Assembly (NCBI GenBank): GCA_040751885.1
Contig: JBFMFP010000003.1
Span: forward strand, 1-50,591
Length of the DNA stretch: 50,591 bases
Direction: 5' to 3'
From: Nanobdellota archaeon
GTDB lineage: Archaea; Nanobdellota; Nanobdellia; Woesearchaeales; GW2011-AR9
Part shown: in pieces, positions 1-10,331 of the stretch
Layout of the letters: each line of letters opens with the position of its first letter
Position numbering within the stretch: the first letter of the stretch is position 1
Program-made: the position numbers and the translations under genes
The notes under the pieces: model-generated
The model's database searches: none
The model's input: only the letters and a program-made list of their open reading frames with translations
What the model was told of the DNA's origin: nothing

Positions 1-1
1 C

Positions 2-49
2 TTGTATTACGCCCGGAGTATCATAGACGGCGAAAAAGATGAGGATTAA
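2..49 (+). CDS. 3' end of a gene truncated by the window edge
   Basis: Open frame LYYARSIIDGEKDED* ending TAA at 47-49, followed by AT-rich intergenic DNA. Confidence 0.4.
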   Translation: MYYARSIIDGEKDED

Positions 50-152
50 ATTGTTCCCTAAAAATGTTCCCTAAAAAATCAAGGAAAAATTATAAAAGAA
101 CAAAATTTATCAATAATTAAAAAGCGGAAACAAAAAAAGAGGAGATAAAAAG

Positions 153-875
153 ATGACAAAGTACATTGCAGTTGTATCCGGCAAAGGAGGCGCGGGTAAA
201 ACTACCTGCACAGCAAACATCGGGCATGCTCTTTTCGCTCTCGGAAAAAAAGTTGTTCTTCTTGATGCTAATTTAGCTACGCCTAATTTATCCCTGCAGC
301 TGGGCCTTATGGAGCCAAAGGGAACATTAAACAATTTCCTGCGCAAGGAAAAAAGCCTTGCCGAAATAACCCATGCACATGAAAGCGGCATTTCCATAAT
401 ACCCTCCTCTCCCTCTTACAGCGAATTCCAGAAAACCCAAAAAAATGACTCCTTGAACTTAAGTGAGATTTTTGAACATCTGGATGAAACAGCTGAATTT
501 GTGCTTGTTGATTCACCCGGCGGTTTGGGCAGCGACGTAGAGCAGGTCCTTAAAAACACTGATGAAGCAATAATTGTAGTAAACCCTAATTTAAGTTCAG
601 TTGTAGATGGACTAAAAACAATCATGCTTGCCAAATCCAGCAATAACACCATTGCCGGGATAATCCTTAACATGACTAACGGGGGCAGGAACGAGCTTGC
701 TCCTGCGGAAGTGGAAAAAATGCTTGGACACCCCATCATTGCCAACGTAAAATCACACAGAAAAGTAAGAAAAGCTGCACACAGGCAGATGCCGCTTAAT
801 CATCTCTACCCCCGCTCCAGGCTGGCAAAAGAATTCATGAAAGTTGCTAAACATCTTACATATGAACAACCATAA
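153..875 (+). CDS. minD: MinD/ParA-family P-loop ATPase (archaeal MinD-like)
   Basis: Deviant Walker A SGKGGAGKTT, LLDANL..PNL, VDSPGG; GGAG SD upstream. Confidence 0.85.
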   Translation: MTKYIAVVSGKGGAGKTTCTANIGHALFALGKKVVLLDANLATPNLSLQLGLMEPKGTLNNFLRKEKSLAEITHAHESGISIIPSSPSYSEFQKTQKNDSLNLSEIFEHLDETAEFVLVDSPGGLGSDVEQVLKNTDEAIIVVNPNLSSVVDGLKTIMLAKSSNNTIAGIILNMTNGGRNELAPAEVEKMLGHPIIANVKSHRKVRKAAHRQMPLNHLYPRSRLAKEFMKVAKHLTYEQP

Positions 876-886
876 AGAACAACCAC

Positions 887-965
887 AAAAATCAAAATCA
901 TAAAACTATAAAATTCAAAATCACAAAACTATAAAAATCAAAATCATAAAACCATAAAAATTCAA
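887..965. repeat. Imperfect ~23-bp tandem repeat, ~3 copies
   Basis: aaaatcaaaatcataaaactata-like units. Confidence 0.7.
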
Positions 966-1030
966 TATAAATACCCCCTGTTTTAATTTAAAATAATTTA
1001 AAATAATTTAAAATAAGATTTAAAATAAGA

Positions 1031-1525
1031 ATGAAAGAAGAGAAAAAATTGGAGCTTCTGCACAAAGGGTGGAAAGAGGAAGAAGTTAAACATGCTGAAG
1101 AGATGCTGGAAAAAGTCCAAAAGCATGACATTTTCTTTTCAAAAATGGTCTTCTGGAGCGCATTGGTAGTGATTGTTTTTGCCAATTTGCTCGTTTCACT
1201 GATATTAGTCCCTTTTTTAATCGTTCTGAACGAATGGATGCTTTATGTGATAACTGCTGTCCTGGCCGGAACCGTAGGATTTCTGTACAATTTCCTGATT
1301 ACAGACATTGGCCTGCTGGAAAAAAAGCATCATAGGATTGCTAGCATAATCGTGCCTATTCTTGCTCTTGGAAACATGTTAATTACTGTTTTTGTCTCCA
1401 ATCACTTCATTGCCAAACTGAATTTCGTTGATAATCCCCAGCATAATCCTCTTCTCTTAGGCATAGTCTTTGGCGCGGCATTTATTCTTCCGTATGTAGT
1501 GATGCAGGTGAGAAAAAAACCCTAA
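1031..1525 (+). CDS. Hypothetical membrane protein (~4 TM helices)
   Basis: Charged N-terminus followed by four hydrophobic segments. Confidence 0.75.
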   Translation: MKEEKKLELLHKGWKEEEVKHAEEMLEKVQKHDIFFSKMVFWSALVVIVFANLLVSLILVPFLIVLNEWMLYVITAVLAGTVGFLYNFLITDIGLLEKKHHRIASIIVPILALGNMLITVFVSNHFIAKLNFVDNPQHNPLLLGIVFGAAFILPYVVMQVRKKP

Positions 1526-1577
1526 AATGAGTTTTGGAATAATCACTAAACATTTATACCACACAATTATACTCTAC

Positions 1578-3167
1578 TTAATTACTCTCCCTCATCAGGA
1601 TTTCAATTACCACAGCATAAGCAGGCCTGGCAATTAAAACGCCAAAGGAAAAGCCGGCAATAGTTGTTAATGCAAATCCCTTCAATAATCCTGCTCCGGC
1701 CCAGAGCAAAGGCAGCATCCCCGAAAGAACTGTAAAGTAAGCTCCCATGACAATAAACATGGCATTCTTGATTTTAGTTTTCCAGTCGTAAACAACCGCT
1801 GCCCCTTTCATAGCTTCATCAGCAATGATGATAAGATGGTCTACCCCTGTGCCTACGGCTACTATAATCCCGGCAATTGCCGCTAAATCCAGATTCCAGC
1901 CCACCAAAGCAGCAAAACCCAATAGCATTGTCATCTCTGTAACCAGCGTCAGAACCATGGGAATGACCACTCCTGCTCTCCTGTACCTTATGGAAACAAC
2001 CAAGGCGACTGCCCCTAAAGCCAGCACGGCGATTAAAGCAACGTTGCTCATGAATTCTTTCCCGAATGATGGCGAGATAGTATCGAGCTTGACAACATCA
2101 AGCTTTACAGGCAGGCTTCCGGTAATCAAAACTGTCTGCAGCTTTTTCATGTTCTGCAAAGCTACAGCCACTGCTTCCTGCTGCGTCGTTCCGCTCCCAC
2201 CTCCAGAAATTTGGATGCTTGTTGATGCGCTTCCTTTAAGCTCACAGCCTATGCGCAGGCTGTCTACTTCCTTGTCGTCAAGGTACAAATACATGCTTTC
2301 GCTGAGGAAACACCCGCCATCTTCATTTTGCGTATCTAAATCTTTTGTCGCTTGTGCCTGGCGCTCGGCCGCTTCCGGGCTTAAAGAAATGCTAAAGAAA
2401 AAGCCGCATGAATAACCCCTGCTGGATTTTGCACATCCTTTCCTTGGGTCAATCCCTGAGCAGTCCGCACTCCTGCAGACGTAAGTTATATCTTTTTTCC
2501 CGCCAAGGAAGACTGTCTCATTCCCAATCTTGGCTTCAAACTTACCCTGCTTGGCCAGCAGCTCTTTTATTTCTTCTTCGGTTATCCCGGCAATCTCTAT
2601 AAGAATAAAATTATCTCCAGCAAGGTCGGAAGCCGGCCGGACAACAATATCACTAAGGCCGTAAACATTGAGGCGCTCCCTTAAATTATCAAGGATAGAA
2701 TCAAAATCTTCCTGGGAAATTTCTTCAGTAGGTTTAAGCAAAACTCTGGTTCCCCCTTCCAAATCCAGCCCTTTCCTGAGGTTAGAAGTGGGAGCATCAT
2801 ACACCTTTAGACCTAAATCTACCCTTCCTAAATCATTAGCCGTAGCCAGCAGGCTATAGCTTCTTTTATTGGTTTGAACATTGATAGTATCATTTTCCTG
2901 AACCTTAGTGATTAAATCGTAATAATCGGCTGCGGAAAGAACTTTCTTGCCATCAAGGGCAATTATTCTCTCTTTGGCCAAAGGGGTGAGCTTGGGGGAA
3001 GGATTTTCAATTCTGGCCAGAGATGCCGAAGAATTCTGCACTACATTGCGTATGGCTGCACCCTGATTTGAAAAATGCGGCTGAATGGCCACTAATGAAA
3101 AGATCACAAACAAGAGCAGGATGATCACCCGCCAATGGGTAAAGATCTTTTTTATTTTTGTTTTCAT
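1578..3167 (-). CDS. secD: Protein translocase subunit SecD, with an N-terminal PDZ-like insert
   Basis: GLDLEGG motif, RLNVYGL, GTGVDH TM motif, LKGFA; adjacent to secF. Confidence 0.92.
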   Translation of the reverse strand: MKTKIKKIFTHWRVIILLLFVIFSLVAIQPHFSNQGAAIRNVVQNSSASLARIENPSPKLTPLAKERIIALDGKKVLSAADYYDLITKVQENDTINVQTNKRSYSLLATANDLGRVDLGLKVYDAPTSNLRKGLDLEGGTRVLLKPTEEISQEDFDSILDNLRERLNVYGLSDIVVRPASDLAGDNFILIEIAGITEEEIKELLAKQGKFEAKIGNETVFLGGKKDITYVCRSADCSGIDPRKGCAKSSRGYSCGFFFSISLSPEAAERQAQATKDLDTQNEDGGCFLSESMYLYLDDKEVDSLRIGCELKGSASTSIQISGGGSGTTQQEAVAVALQNMKKLQTVLITGSLPVKLDVVKLDTISPSFGKEFMSNVALIAVLALGAVALVVSIRYRRAGVVIPMVLTLVTEMTMLLGFAALVGWNLDLAAIAGIIVAVGTGVDHLIIIADEAMKGAAVVYDWKTKIKNAMFIVMGAYFTVLSGMLPLLWAGAGLLKGFALTTIAGFSFGVLIARPAYAVVIEILMRESN

Positions 3168-3209
3168 TTTCCTGTTGTTTCAATTTGTCCTTGCTGTTTT
3201 AATTTTGTT

Positions 3210-4112
3210 TCATGCTGCTTGAATTTTGCCCTTTTTCTCCACCCTATCCAAATATAAACGTATTACTCCAACATTCTGGATGTAAGTCATAACCACGTCT
3301 ACCAGCAAGCCAATCAGCAAGATAAGCATGATTTGTTTGATTACTTCACTTTGCACAAAAATCAACGCAACGATTACAGCAACTAAAGTGGTTGTAGTCA
3401 TGGTCAATCCTGTTTTTATAGAGCTGTAAACCCTCTCCATTACCGGGCCCTCTTTTCTCCTCAGCATCCTTGTTGAGAGGACCATGTCCGTATCTACAGA
3501 ATAACCAACGAGCATGAGGAAGGCGGCTACACCGGCTGTGCTCAGCTTAATTCCGGTAAGATTAAAAATAGCTAATGAAACAGTAATATCTGAAAAAGCG
3601 CATAAAACAACGGCAAAAGCAGGAACAACCTTACGGAAATAAATTAAGACTACAATAGCCATGAGCAGGAAAGCTGCTATTATGGCTGTAATTGTTTGCT
3701 TAAAGAAGCTCTGACCCAATGATGAGCCCATAACTTCAACGCTGTAATCTTCTTTAGTCAGGCTCTCTTTTTGTATTATCGCTGAAAGAAGATTATTTAT
3801 TTCTTCTGTCTCCTGGGCATCGGAATCTACAGCTATATTTACCACTTTACCTGCCGAAGTTACCGTCCTGACGCTAATATCCGCTTTAGGGAACTTCTCC
3901 TTAAGGAAACTCTTTAAATCGTTTGAATCTATCGCTGTTTCAGTTATAGTTATAGTAGAGCCGCCTTTAAGGGTTACACCCCGATTAATAAAATCCCCTG
4001 TGGTGTAATACTGAACCCCTATCTGAACTAAAGCCAGAATCAGAATAGCAAATGAAAAAATCATTAATGTCTTATAACGGCGTTCATAAATATCTTTCAA
4101 CAGCTTTAACAT
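3210..4112 (-). CDS. secF: Protein translocase subunit SecF
   Basis: RGVTLKGG and GYSVDTD motifs, ~6 TM helices. Confidence 0.92.
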   Translation of the reverse strand: MLKLLKDIYERRYKTLMIFSFAILILALVQIGVQYYTTGDFINRGVTLKGGSTITITETAIDSNDLKSFLKEKFPKADISVRTVTSAGKVVNIAVDSDAQETEEINNLLSAIIQKESLTKEDYSVEVMGSSLGQSFFKQTITAIIAAFLLMAIVVLIYFRKVVPAFAVVLCAFSDITVSLAIFNLTGIKLSTAGVAAFLMLVGYSVDTDMVLSTRMLRRKEGPVMERVYSSIKTGLTMTTTTLVAVIVALIFVQSEVIKQIMLILLIGLLVDVVMTYIQNVGVIRLYLDRVEKKGKIQAA

Positions 4113-4192
4113 TCAGTCAGCAAAATTGGCAGATTATATATAAACGTTGTGATAAAAATTAATACCGGCTCCGGCGACCATCTCCCATAACA

Positions 4193-4200
4193 TTTATAAA
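4193..4200 (+). promoter_or_regulatory. Archaeal TATA box of the ABC operon (probably leaderless transcript)
   Basis: TTTATAAA ending 23 nt before GTG 4223; similar geometry at 7505, 10421 and 25015. Confidence 0.55.
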
Positions 4201-4222
4201 CAAAAAAGCATTTCATAACGGC

Positions 4223-5224
4223 GTGAAACTGTTAGAATTAAAAGAGGTTAGCAGGGAGTTTGAAGGAAACCTGGTTCTTGAGGATGTAAGTCTCACCATA
4301 GAAGAAGGTGACATCTTTGGAATTGTGGGCAGGTCAGGAAGCGGAAAAACCACTTTGTTAAACCTCCTTTCCGGATTTATTGAGCCCACTTGCGGAGAAG
4401 CCCTCCATTATCTTAAAGTAACTTCCGGACCTGAAAACTTAACCAGGGACTTACAGAAAATCAAAAAACATTTTGGCTTTGCTCCCCAGCATAATTCTTT
4501 TTATCCAAAACTAACAGTTGTAGAAAACCTGCTCCATTTCGGCCAGCTGTACGGGCTTAAAAGAGATCTTACCATAAACAACATCAAAAGCCTGCTCAAA
4601 GCCACAAGGCTCTATCCGGAAAGGAAAAAACTTGCTGAGCAGCTTTCCGGAGGCATGCAAAGAAGGCTGGACATTTCCTGCAGCCTCATTCACAAGCCAA
4701 AGATCCTCCTTCTTGACGAACCCACGGCAGATTTAGATCCCATATTGCAGGTGGAAATAATGGATTTTTTGCAGGAAGTAAACAAGCAGGGAATTACTTT
4801 GGTTATAGCTTCCCACCATCTCAACCTCCTGGAGAAAATCTGCAACAAAGTAGCCATAATCCATCAGGGCAGAGTCAGGTGCAGCGGCCCGATTGAAGAG
4901 GTAAGAAAGCCTTACTTAAAAGAAAATTTTACCATCAACCTCACCCCGGGCAAAAACAAAGAGATGCTTATCTCCATACTGAAAGGCCTGCCGGTGCAAA
5001 AGATTATAGATGTGGGTACGAGTATTATCGTCTATCCCAAAGACACTGCCTCAACAATAGTCAACTTGCTTAACTATATAGAAGAAGAAAACCTTTATCT
5101 CCACGATATGGACATCCGCAAGCCTTCCTTAAATGAAATATTTGAGATTATAACTACGGAAGTCCCGCCTGATGAAAAAAGCACGGTAACTGAACCACAA
5201 CCAAAAACAACAGATAAAAAATGA
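4223..5224 (+). CDS. ABC-2 type transporter ATP-binding protein
   Basis: Walker A GRSGSGKTT, LSGGM signature, LLLDEPT Walker B, SHH. Confidence 0.93.
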   Translation: MKLLELKEVSREFEGNLVLEDVSLTIEEGDIFGIVGRSGSGKTTLLNLLSGFIEPTCGEALHYLKVTSGPENLTRDLQKIKKHFGFAPQHNSFYPKLTVVENLLHFGQLYGLKRDLTINNIKSLLKATRLYPERKKLAEQLSGGMQRRLDISCSLIHKPKILLLDEPTADLDPILQVEIMDFLQEVNKQGITLVIASHHLNLLEKICNKVAIIHQGRVRCSGPIEEVRKPYLKENFTINLTPGKNKEMLISILKGLPVQKIIDVGTSIIVYPKDTASTIVNLLNYIEEENLYLHDMDIRKPSLNEIFEIITTEVPPDEKSTVTEPQPKTTDKK

Positions 5225-6957
5225 ACCAACTTTGGCTGCTGACAAAAAAGAACTTCAAGCTGCTTGTGCGTGCAAAAAGCTCGGCTTTAATCTTATTTTT
5301 TGCGCCCCTGCTTATTATACTCATCTTAGGTCTTTCCTATAACAACTCGGCAAAGTTTGGGCTGAACATAGGCATTTATTCTCCTCAATTTACTGAAGAT
5401 GTTAACTCTTTAGCCAGTTCATTGCAGGAGAAAGAATTCAAGATTGTAAAGTATGACTCCTCAATAAATGATTGCATTGAAGATATTAAGCTGGGATTTA
5501 TCCATGCCTGTGTTGCCGTCCCCAGCAGCCTGCGCGTGGAAGAAAATTCTGCTAAAGAGATAACTTACTATTTAGACCCCAGCAAGATTAATCTGGTATA
5601 CATGGTCCAGGAAACTCTGGAAAACAAATTCGCTCTTAAATCACGGGAAATTTCCCAGGAGCTGACTAACAGCATCATCACCAAAATAACTGAAGCAAAA
5701 ACAAAAGTAGGTGAAAAAAGCTCAGAATTAAGCGCTGTTAAAGAAAAAAATGCCCTTATTTCCAGCTCAACAGACTCGATAATGAGCAGCCTTGCTTCTT
5801 TAGACTTAACTCCCCCATCAGCAACTTATGACCCCTCTGTAATTGCTGCTTTCAGGGAAAATGTTTCCTCAGGAATAAAAAACAGCATTAGTAAAATAGA
5901 CGAGGCTAAAGAAGCGGTAGCTGAAGCTAACATCAGCAACGGAAAGACAGCAATAGTAACTGCCCTGAGCCAGGCCGATGCTGCTTTGCAAAACACATTT
6001 AACACCATTAATGGCAGCGGAGCGGGAAGCCTTGAAGAAGTAACGGCGATGATTACACTGCTGGAGCAAGAGCTAAGCGCTTCAAAATCAAAATTAACCT
6101 CAGCATCAACTTCGATAAATGATGCCAATGCACAGCTCAGCTCCACAAAAAGTGCTCTTGGGGAAAGCATTTCCAGCTTAGAAAGGATACAAAACGGCCT
6201 GCTGGAGGTTAAAGCGGGTCTGGAAGCACAAAAAGTAACTGAAGCAGGCGTTATTTCCGCCCCTTTAGTCACTAAAATTGAAAAAGTAGGCACGGGAAAC
6301 TCTTACCTTAATTTCATCTTCCCGGCTTTGCTGGTCTTGGTAGTAATGTTTTCTTCCCTGCTCTTAGGCACGACACTGGTCATGATGGAAAAAAACAGCC
6401 CGGCGTTTTTCCGCAACTATTTCCTCCCGGTAAAAAAATGGGTCTTTGTCTGCTCAATTTATCTCACCAACTCTATCATCACTTTAATACAAGTTGTAAT
6501 TATTCTTGGAGTTTCATTGTTTTTCCTAAAACTAGAGCCGCTGCTAATGCTTCCGGTAGCTTTAATCCTGATCATTGCCTCATCAATATTTACTTTTATG
6601 GGAATGGGAATTGGCTATTTATTCAAATCTGAAGAAACCGGCACACTGGCATCAATCTCCTTGGGAAGCCTGCTACTGTTTATCTCAGGAGTCGTTCTTC
6701 CCCTGGAAAGCATATCTCCGACATTAAGAAAAATAACTTTTTTTAACCCCTACGTCATCGCCGAAAAGATCGTAAGAGAAATGTTCTTCTTTAACGCTTC
6801 GTTTGAATTTTTGTGGGTAGATATTCTTACTCTCGTAGGATACGCACTGGTTCTCTTCATGGGAATACTCATTCTGGAAGTATTGCTGCAGAAACATCTC
6901 ATTGACCACTTCATCAAAACCCACCACAGGGATAAGGCTGCTAAACTCAAAGTATAA
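5221..6957 (+). CDS. ABC-2 permease with a large coiled-coil extracellular domain (YhgE/Pip-like)
   Basis: N-terminal TM, long Ser/Ala-rich helical region, ~5 C-terminal TMs; ATGA overlap with the ATPase. Confidence 0.82.
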   Translation: MNQLWLLTKKNFKLLVRAKSSALILFFAPLLIILILGLSYNNSAKFGLNIGIYSPQFTEDVNSLASSLQEKEFKIVKYDSSINDCIEDIKLGFIHACVAVPSSLRVEENSAKEITYYLDPSKINLVYMVQETLENKFALKSREISQELTNSIITKITEAKTKVGEKSSELSAVKEKNALISSSTDSIMSSLASLDLTPPSATYDPSVIAAFRENVSSGIKNSISKIDEAKEAVAEANISNGKTAIVTALSQADAALQNTFNTINGSGAGSLEEVTAMITLLEQELSASKSKLTSASTSINDANAQLSSTKSALGESISSLERIQNGLLEVKAGLEAQKVTEAGVISAPLVTKIEKVGTGNSYLNFIFPALLVLVVMFSSLLLGTTLVMMEKNSPAFFRNYFLPVKKWVFVCSIYLTNSIITLIQVVIILGVSLFFLKLEPLLMLPVALILIIASSIFTFMGMGIGYLFKSEETGTLASISLGSLLLFISGVVLPLESISPTLRKITFFNPYVIAEKIVREMFFFNASFEFLWVDILTLVGYALVLFMGILILEVLLQKHLIDHFIKTHHRDKAAKLKV

Positions 6958-6971
6958 AATAAGGTAGTTAA

Positions 6972-7511
6972 ATGGTCTGCCAAGTAGTCGTCATCTCCGG
7001 AACTCCCGGCACAGGCAAATCAACGCTGGCAGAAATGCTGGCAAAAGAGCAAGGTTGTTCACGCTTAATTCTCAGCAGGCATTACAAGGATATTTCCAAA
7101 GGATACAACAAAACAAAACAATGCTATGATATTGACCTGCAGAAATTTACCCTCCTAGTTAAAGAGAAAAAAAATATAGAAGGAAAAAATAAAGACAAAA
7201 AAAACAAAATTCCAACCAGAGATAAAAATAAAATTCTCATCATTGATTCGCATATCGCCCATCTGCTGCCTAAAAAGCTTGTTGATTTATGCATTATATT
7301 AACCTGCTCAGACTTAAAGAAACTGCAGAAAAGGCTGCGGCAGAGAAAATACTCTAAACAGAAAATCAGGGAGAATCTTGATGCAGAGATATTTCAAGTC
7401 TGTTTAAACGAAGCAAAGGAAATAGGGCATAAAGTTATAGTCTTTGATACGGCGAAGGCGGGGAAGAGAGAAATTTTAAACAATGTTAAAAAATCAATGC
7501 TACATTTATAA
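6972..7511 (+). CDS. Adenylate kinase 6 / Fap7-like kinase
   Basis: GTPGTGKST, IIDSH, RL..RKYS..KI.ENLDAEI. Confidence 0.88.
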   Translation: MVCQVVVISGTPGTGKSTLAEMLAKEQGCSRLILSRHYKDISKGYNKTKQCYDIDLQKFTLLVKEKKNIEGKNKDKKNKIPTRDKNKILIIDSHIAHLLPKKLVDLCIILTCSDLKKLQKRLRQRKYSKQKIRENLDAEIFQVCLNEAKEIGHKVIVFDTAKAGKREILNNVKKSMLHL

Positions 7512-7512
7512 A
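7505..7512 (+). promoter_or_regulatory. TATA box for aRF1
   Basis: TTTATAAA ending 23 nt before ATG 7535. Confidence 0.5.
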
Positions 7513-7534
7513 CCAGCCGCGTAAATAATTCTCT

Positions 7535-8635
7535 ATGGCACTCACTGTTACAGACAAATTGCACTTGAAGAAGCTTGTCAGCGAATTAAAGAGCCATAAG
7601 GCTGCCCATACTGAGTTTGTCTCCGTGTACATCCCGCAGGGCTACGAAATGACTAAAATCATCCAGCATCTTGCGGAAGAGCAGGGAACCGCTTCCAACA
7701 TTAAATCTGCTTCCACACGTAAGAACGTGCAGGCAGCTCTGGAAAAAATGATCCAGCACCTGCGCAATTTTCCCAGGACACCGCCAAACGGCCTGGCTGT
7801 CTTTTCCGGAAATGTTGCGTCAATGGAAGGGAAACAGGACTTAAGAGTATGGAGCATAGAGCCGCCTGTGCCGTTAAACACCCGTATTTACCGCTGCGAC
7901 AAGAATTTTGTTACCGATATTCTTGAAGAAATAATGGTTGAGCATAACGTTTACGGCCTTGTTGTCTTAGACAGAAGGGATGCCATTTTAGCCCTGCTGA
8001 AGGGGAAAACAATTGTTCCATTGCAAAAAACACATTCGGAAGTGCCGGGAAAATTTAAAGCGGGAGGACAATCCGCTCAGCGTTTTGCGCGCATCCGCGA
8101 AGGGGCATACAAAGAGCATTTCAAAAAAATAGCTGACTACATGAAAGACCAGTTCCTTCCCCTGGGAAATAATCTTAAAGGCATTATCATCGGCGGCCCT
8201 GGAACAACTATCAATGATTTCTTAAGCCATGATTATATTACGGGAGACTTAAAACGCAAAATCCTCGGCACAAAAGACTTATCATATACTGAAGAATTCG
8301 GCCTGCAGGAGCTTTTAGACAAGTCCTCTGACCTGCTTGCAGAAGAGGAAATTGCCAGAGAAAAGAAGTCCATGCAGCAGTTCTTCCAGCAGATGGTTGA
8401 CAATCCCAAGAAAGTAACCTATGGAGAAAAAGAAACCATAAAAGCTATGGAAATGGGAGCTGTAGATACCCTGCTGCTTTCGGAAAGCCTGCCTGAAGAT
8501 AAAATATTTTCCCTGGAAGAAAAAGCACAGGCTAAAGGCAGCACTGTTAAAATAATTTCAATAGAAACAAGGGAAGGTGTGCAGCTGAAGGAATTGGGCG
8601 GGATTGCAGCGATATTAAGGTTTGAGGTAGGATAA
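7535..8635 (+). CDS. prf1: Peptide chain release factor aRF1
   Basis: TASNIKS, YRCD and GGQS motifs. Confidence 0.96.
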   Translation: MALTVTDKLHLKKLVSELKSHKAAHTEFVSVYIPQGYEMTKIIQHLAEEQGTASNIKSASTRKNVQAALEKMIQHLRNFPRTPPNGLAVFSGNVASMEGKQDLRVWSIEPPVPLNTRIYRCDKNFVTDILEEIMVEHNVYGLVVLDRRDAILALLKGKTIVPLQKTHSEVPGKFKAGGQSAQRFARIREGAYKEHFKKIADYMKDQFLPLGNNLKGIIIGGPGTTINDFLSHDYITGDLKRKILGTKDLSYTEEFGLQELLDKSSDLLAEEEIAREKKSMQQFFQQMVDNPKKVTYGEKETIKAMEMGAVDTLLLSESLPEDKIFSLEEKAQAKGSTVKIISIETREGVQLKELGGIAAILRFEVG

Positions 8636-8704
8636 ACATTATTTATTTCATTTTATTCACAGATTTCATCCACAAAAAATAATTTAATTCCAATCAATTT
8701 TAAC

Positions 8705-9415
8705 ATGAACCTCATCCAAGAATCATTCCAGCGGCTATTCCCGGGAAAAGAGTTCTCTTACGTTTCGGAAATAGAATATAACCGCAGATTAGGCAGCTTT
8801 AATGCCAACATCGCTCTACGGGAGAAGACCATTAAAATAAACTTAAACCTGCAGTGGAAGGATATTGACGATGAGATAAAAATTGGGCTGATCCAGCACC
8901 TGCTGCTGAAAGCCTTCCACAAAAAAATAGGCACGCCTAAAAAAAACACGCCCAACATAGAGCTGTACAACAACTTTATCAAAAATATTCCCCTGCTGAC
9001 ACCCAAAACCAGGACCGACTTAATTCTTGAAGCTTCATTCCGGCGTGTAAACGAAACTTTTTTCTCCGGCCGGCTGGAGCAGCCTAATTTAACTTGGGGA
9101 GTTAACTCAAAAAGAAAATTGGCCAGCTACAGCTTCCATAATGATACGATCACTGTTTCCACTTTATTCAAAGATTCCAGAAAGGAAGTGCTTGATTACC
9201 TGATGTATCATGAGCTGCTGCACAAATTCCATAAATTCAAGCACAAAAACGGAAGAAGCGCATTTCATACGACTACCTTTAGAACAGATGAAAAAAAATA
9301 CCCTCATTACGAATCTATTGAAAAAGAACTTAACAGGATAATTAAAGCTAAAATTTTCCTGGAGAAAAAAAACAGAAGAGGCGGCATCTGGAGCTTAAGA
9401 TCATTTTTTGAGTAG
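8705..9415 (+). CDS. SprT/DUF45-like zinc metalloprotein
   Basis: YLMYHELLH HExxH motif with downstream H; internally duplicated layout. Confidence 0.7.
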   Translation: MNLIQESFQRLFPGKEFSYVSEIEYNRRLGSFNANIALREKTIKINLNLQWKDIDDEIKIGLIQHLLLKAFHKKIGTPKKNTPNIELYNNFIKNIPLLTPKTRTDLILEASFRRVNETFFSGRLEQPNLTWGVNSKRKLASYSFHNDTITVSTLFKDSRKEVLDYLMYHELLHKFHKFKHKNGRSAFHTTTFRTDEKKYPHYESIEKELNRIIKAKIFLEKKNRRGGIWSLRSFFE

Positions 9416-9463
9416 GCTTAATTTTTCCGATAAATTTAAAAATTAACCCCTGCTCACCTTTTT

Positions 9464-9676
9464 ATGGGCAAAAAAGGGCTTATTTCCCTTAATGCAATGG
9501 ATAAAATCATGCGTAAGGCCGGGGGGTTAAGAATTTCAAACAGTGCTAAAGCAGCCTTGGCAAAAGTGCTTGAAGAGAAAGCTCTGGGCATTTCAGCTGA
9601 TGCCAGGAAGTTTGCAGAACATGCCGGCAGAAGGACAATCACAGAAAGGGATATCCAAATGTCTGCAAAAGCATAA
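9464..9676 (+). CDS. Archaeal histone
   Basis: RIS..A...L, HAGRRTI..RDI histone-fold signature. Confidence 0.92.
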   Translation: MGKKGLISLNAMDKIMRKAGGLRISNSAKAALAKVLEEKALGISADARKFAEHAGRRTITERDIQMSAKA

Positions 9677-9721
9677 TATAATCTGCAAAAGTATAATACA
9701 AAAATCAGCGGGTGGTTAAGC

Positions 9722-10114
9722 ATGTACGAAAAAAAATTAGTTGACGCGGGAAGCCTGAAGAAAGGGGATACTATCATTATTGACAATGCGCCCTGTAAAA
9801 TAACCGACTTAGCTACTTCACGCCCGGGGAAGCACGGACACGCAAAAGTTAACTTAACGGCCGTAGGTTTGCTTGACGAAAAGAAAAGAAACATCGTCAT
9901 GCCCGGGCATGATAAAGTTGAAGCTCCAATCATAGAGAAAAAGACAGCACAAATACTATCTATCTCAGGAAATACTGCCAATGTAATGGACATGGAAACT
10001 TATGAAACCTTTGAAATGGAAATCCCTGAAGAATTAAAAGCGGAAGTGAAAGAAAACAGGGAAGTGCTTTATTGGGAAGTTATGGGTTTAAAAGTAATGA
10101 AGCAGGTCAAGTAA
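9722..10114 (+). CDS. eif5a: Translation factor aIF5A
   Basis: SRPGKHGHAK hypusine-site motif. Confidence 0.96.
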   Translation: MYEKKLVDAGSLKKGDTIIIDNAPCKITDLATSRPGKHGHAKVNLTAVGLLDEKKRNIVMPGHDKVEAPIIEKKTAQILSISGNTANVMDMETYETFEMEIPEELKAEVKENREVLYWEVMGLKVMKQVK

Positions 10115-10166
10115 AAAAATAAATAATCCTACTTAAATTAAATAAATTAAAACTTAATTAAAGATT

Positions 10167-10331
10167 ATGGCTACCAAATTTGAAGAAGCGCTCAACAGGA
10201 ACATCAAGAACGTCTTTGTCTGCAGGATATGTAAATCTAAAATCAGGGCTCCGAGCTTAAAAGTCAGCCAGGGCAAGGTTAAATGCAGGAAGTGTGATTC
10301 CAGAAAACTGCGTCCAAAGAGAAAGAAATAA
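10167..10331 (+). CDS. rpl40e: 50S ribosomal protein L40e (absent from the ORF track)
   Basis: MATKFEEALNRNIKNVFVCRICKSKIRAPSLKVSQGKVKCRKCDSRKLRPKRKK; two CxxC pairs and LRPK; follows aIF5A. Confidence 0.88.
   Translation: MATKFEEALNRNIKNVFVCRICKSKIRAPSLKVSQGKVKCRKCDSRKLRPKRKK

Noticed and set aside
1825-2415. Long antisense ORFs (also 5826-6293, 9454-9993, 13407-13997, 26549-27121, 41925-42410, 48470-48892)
   Set aside because: They are shadows of well-supported genes on the opposite strand and have no recognisable motifs.
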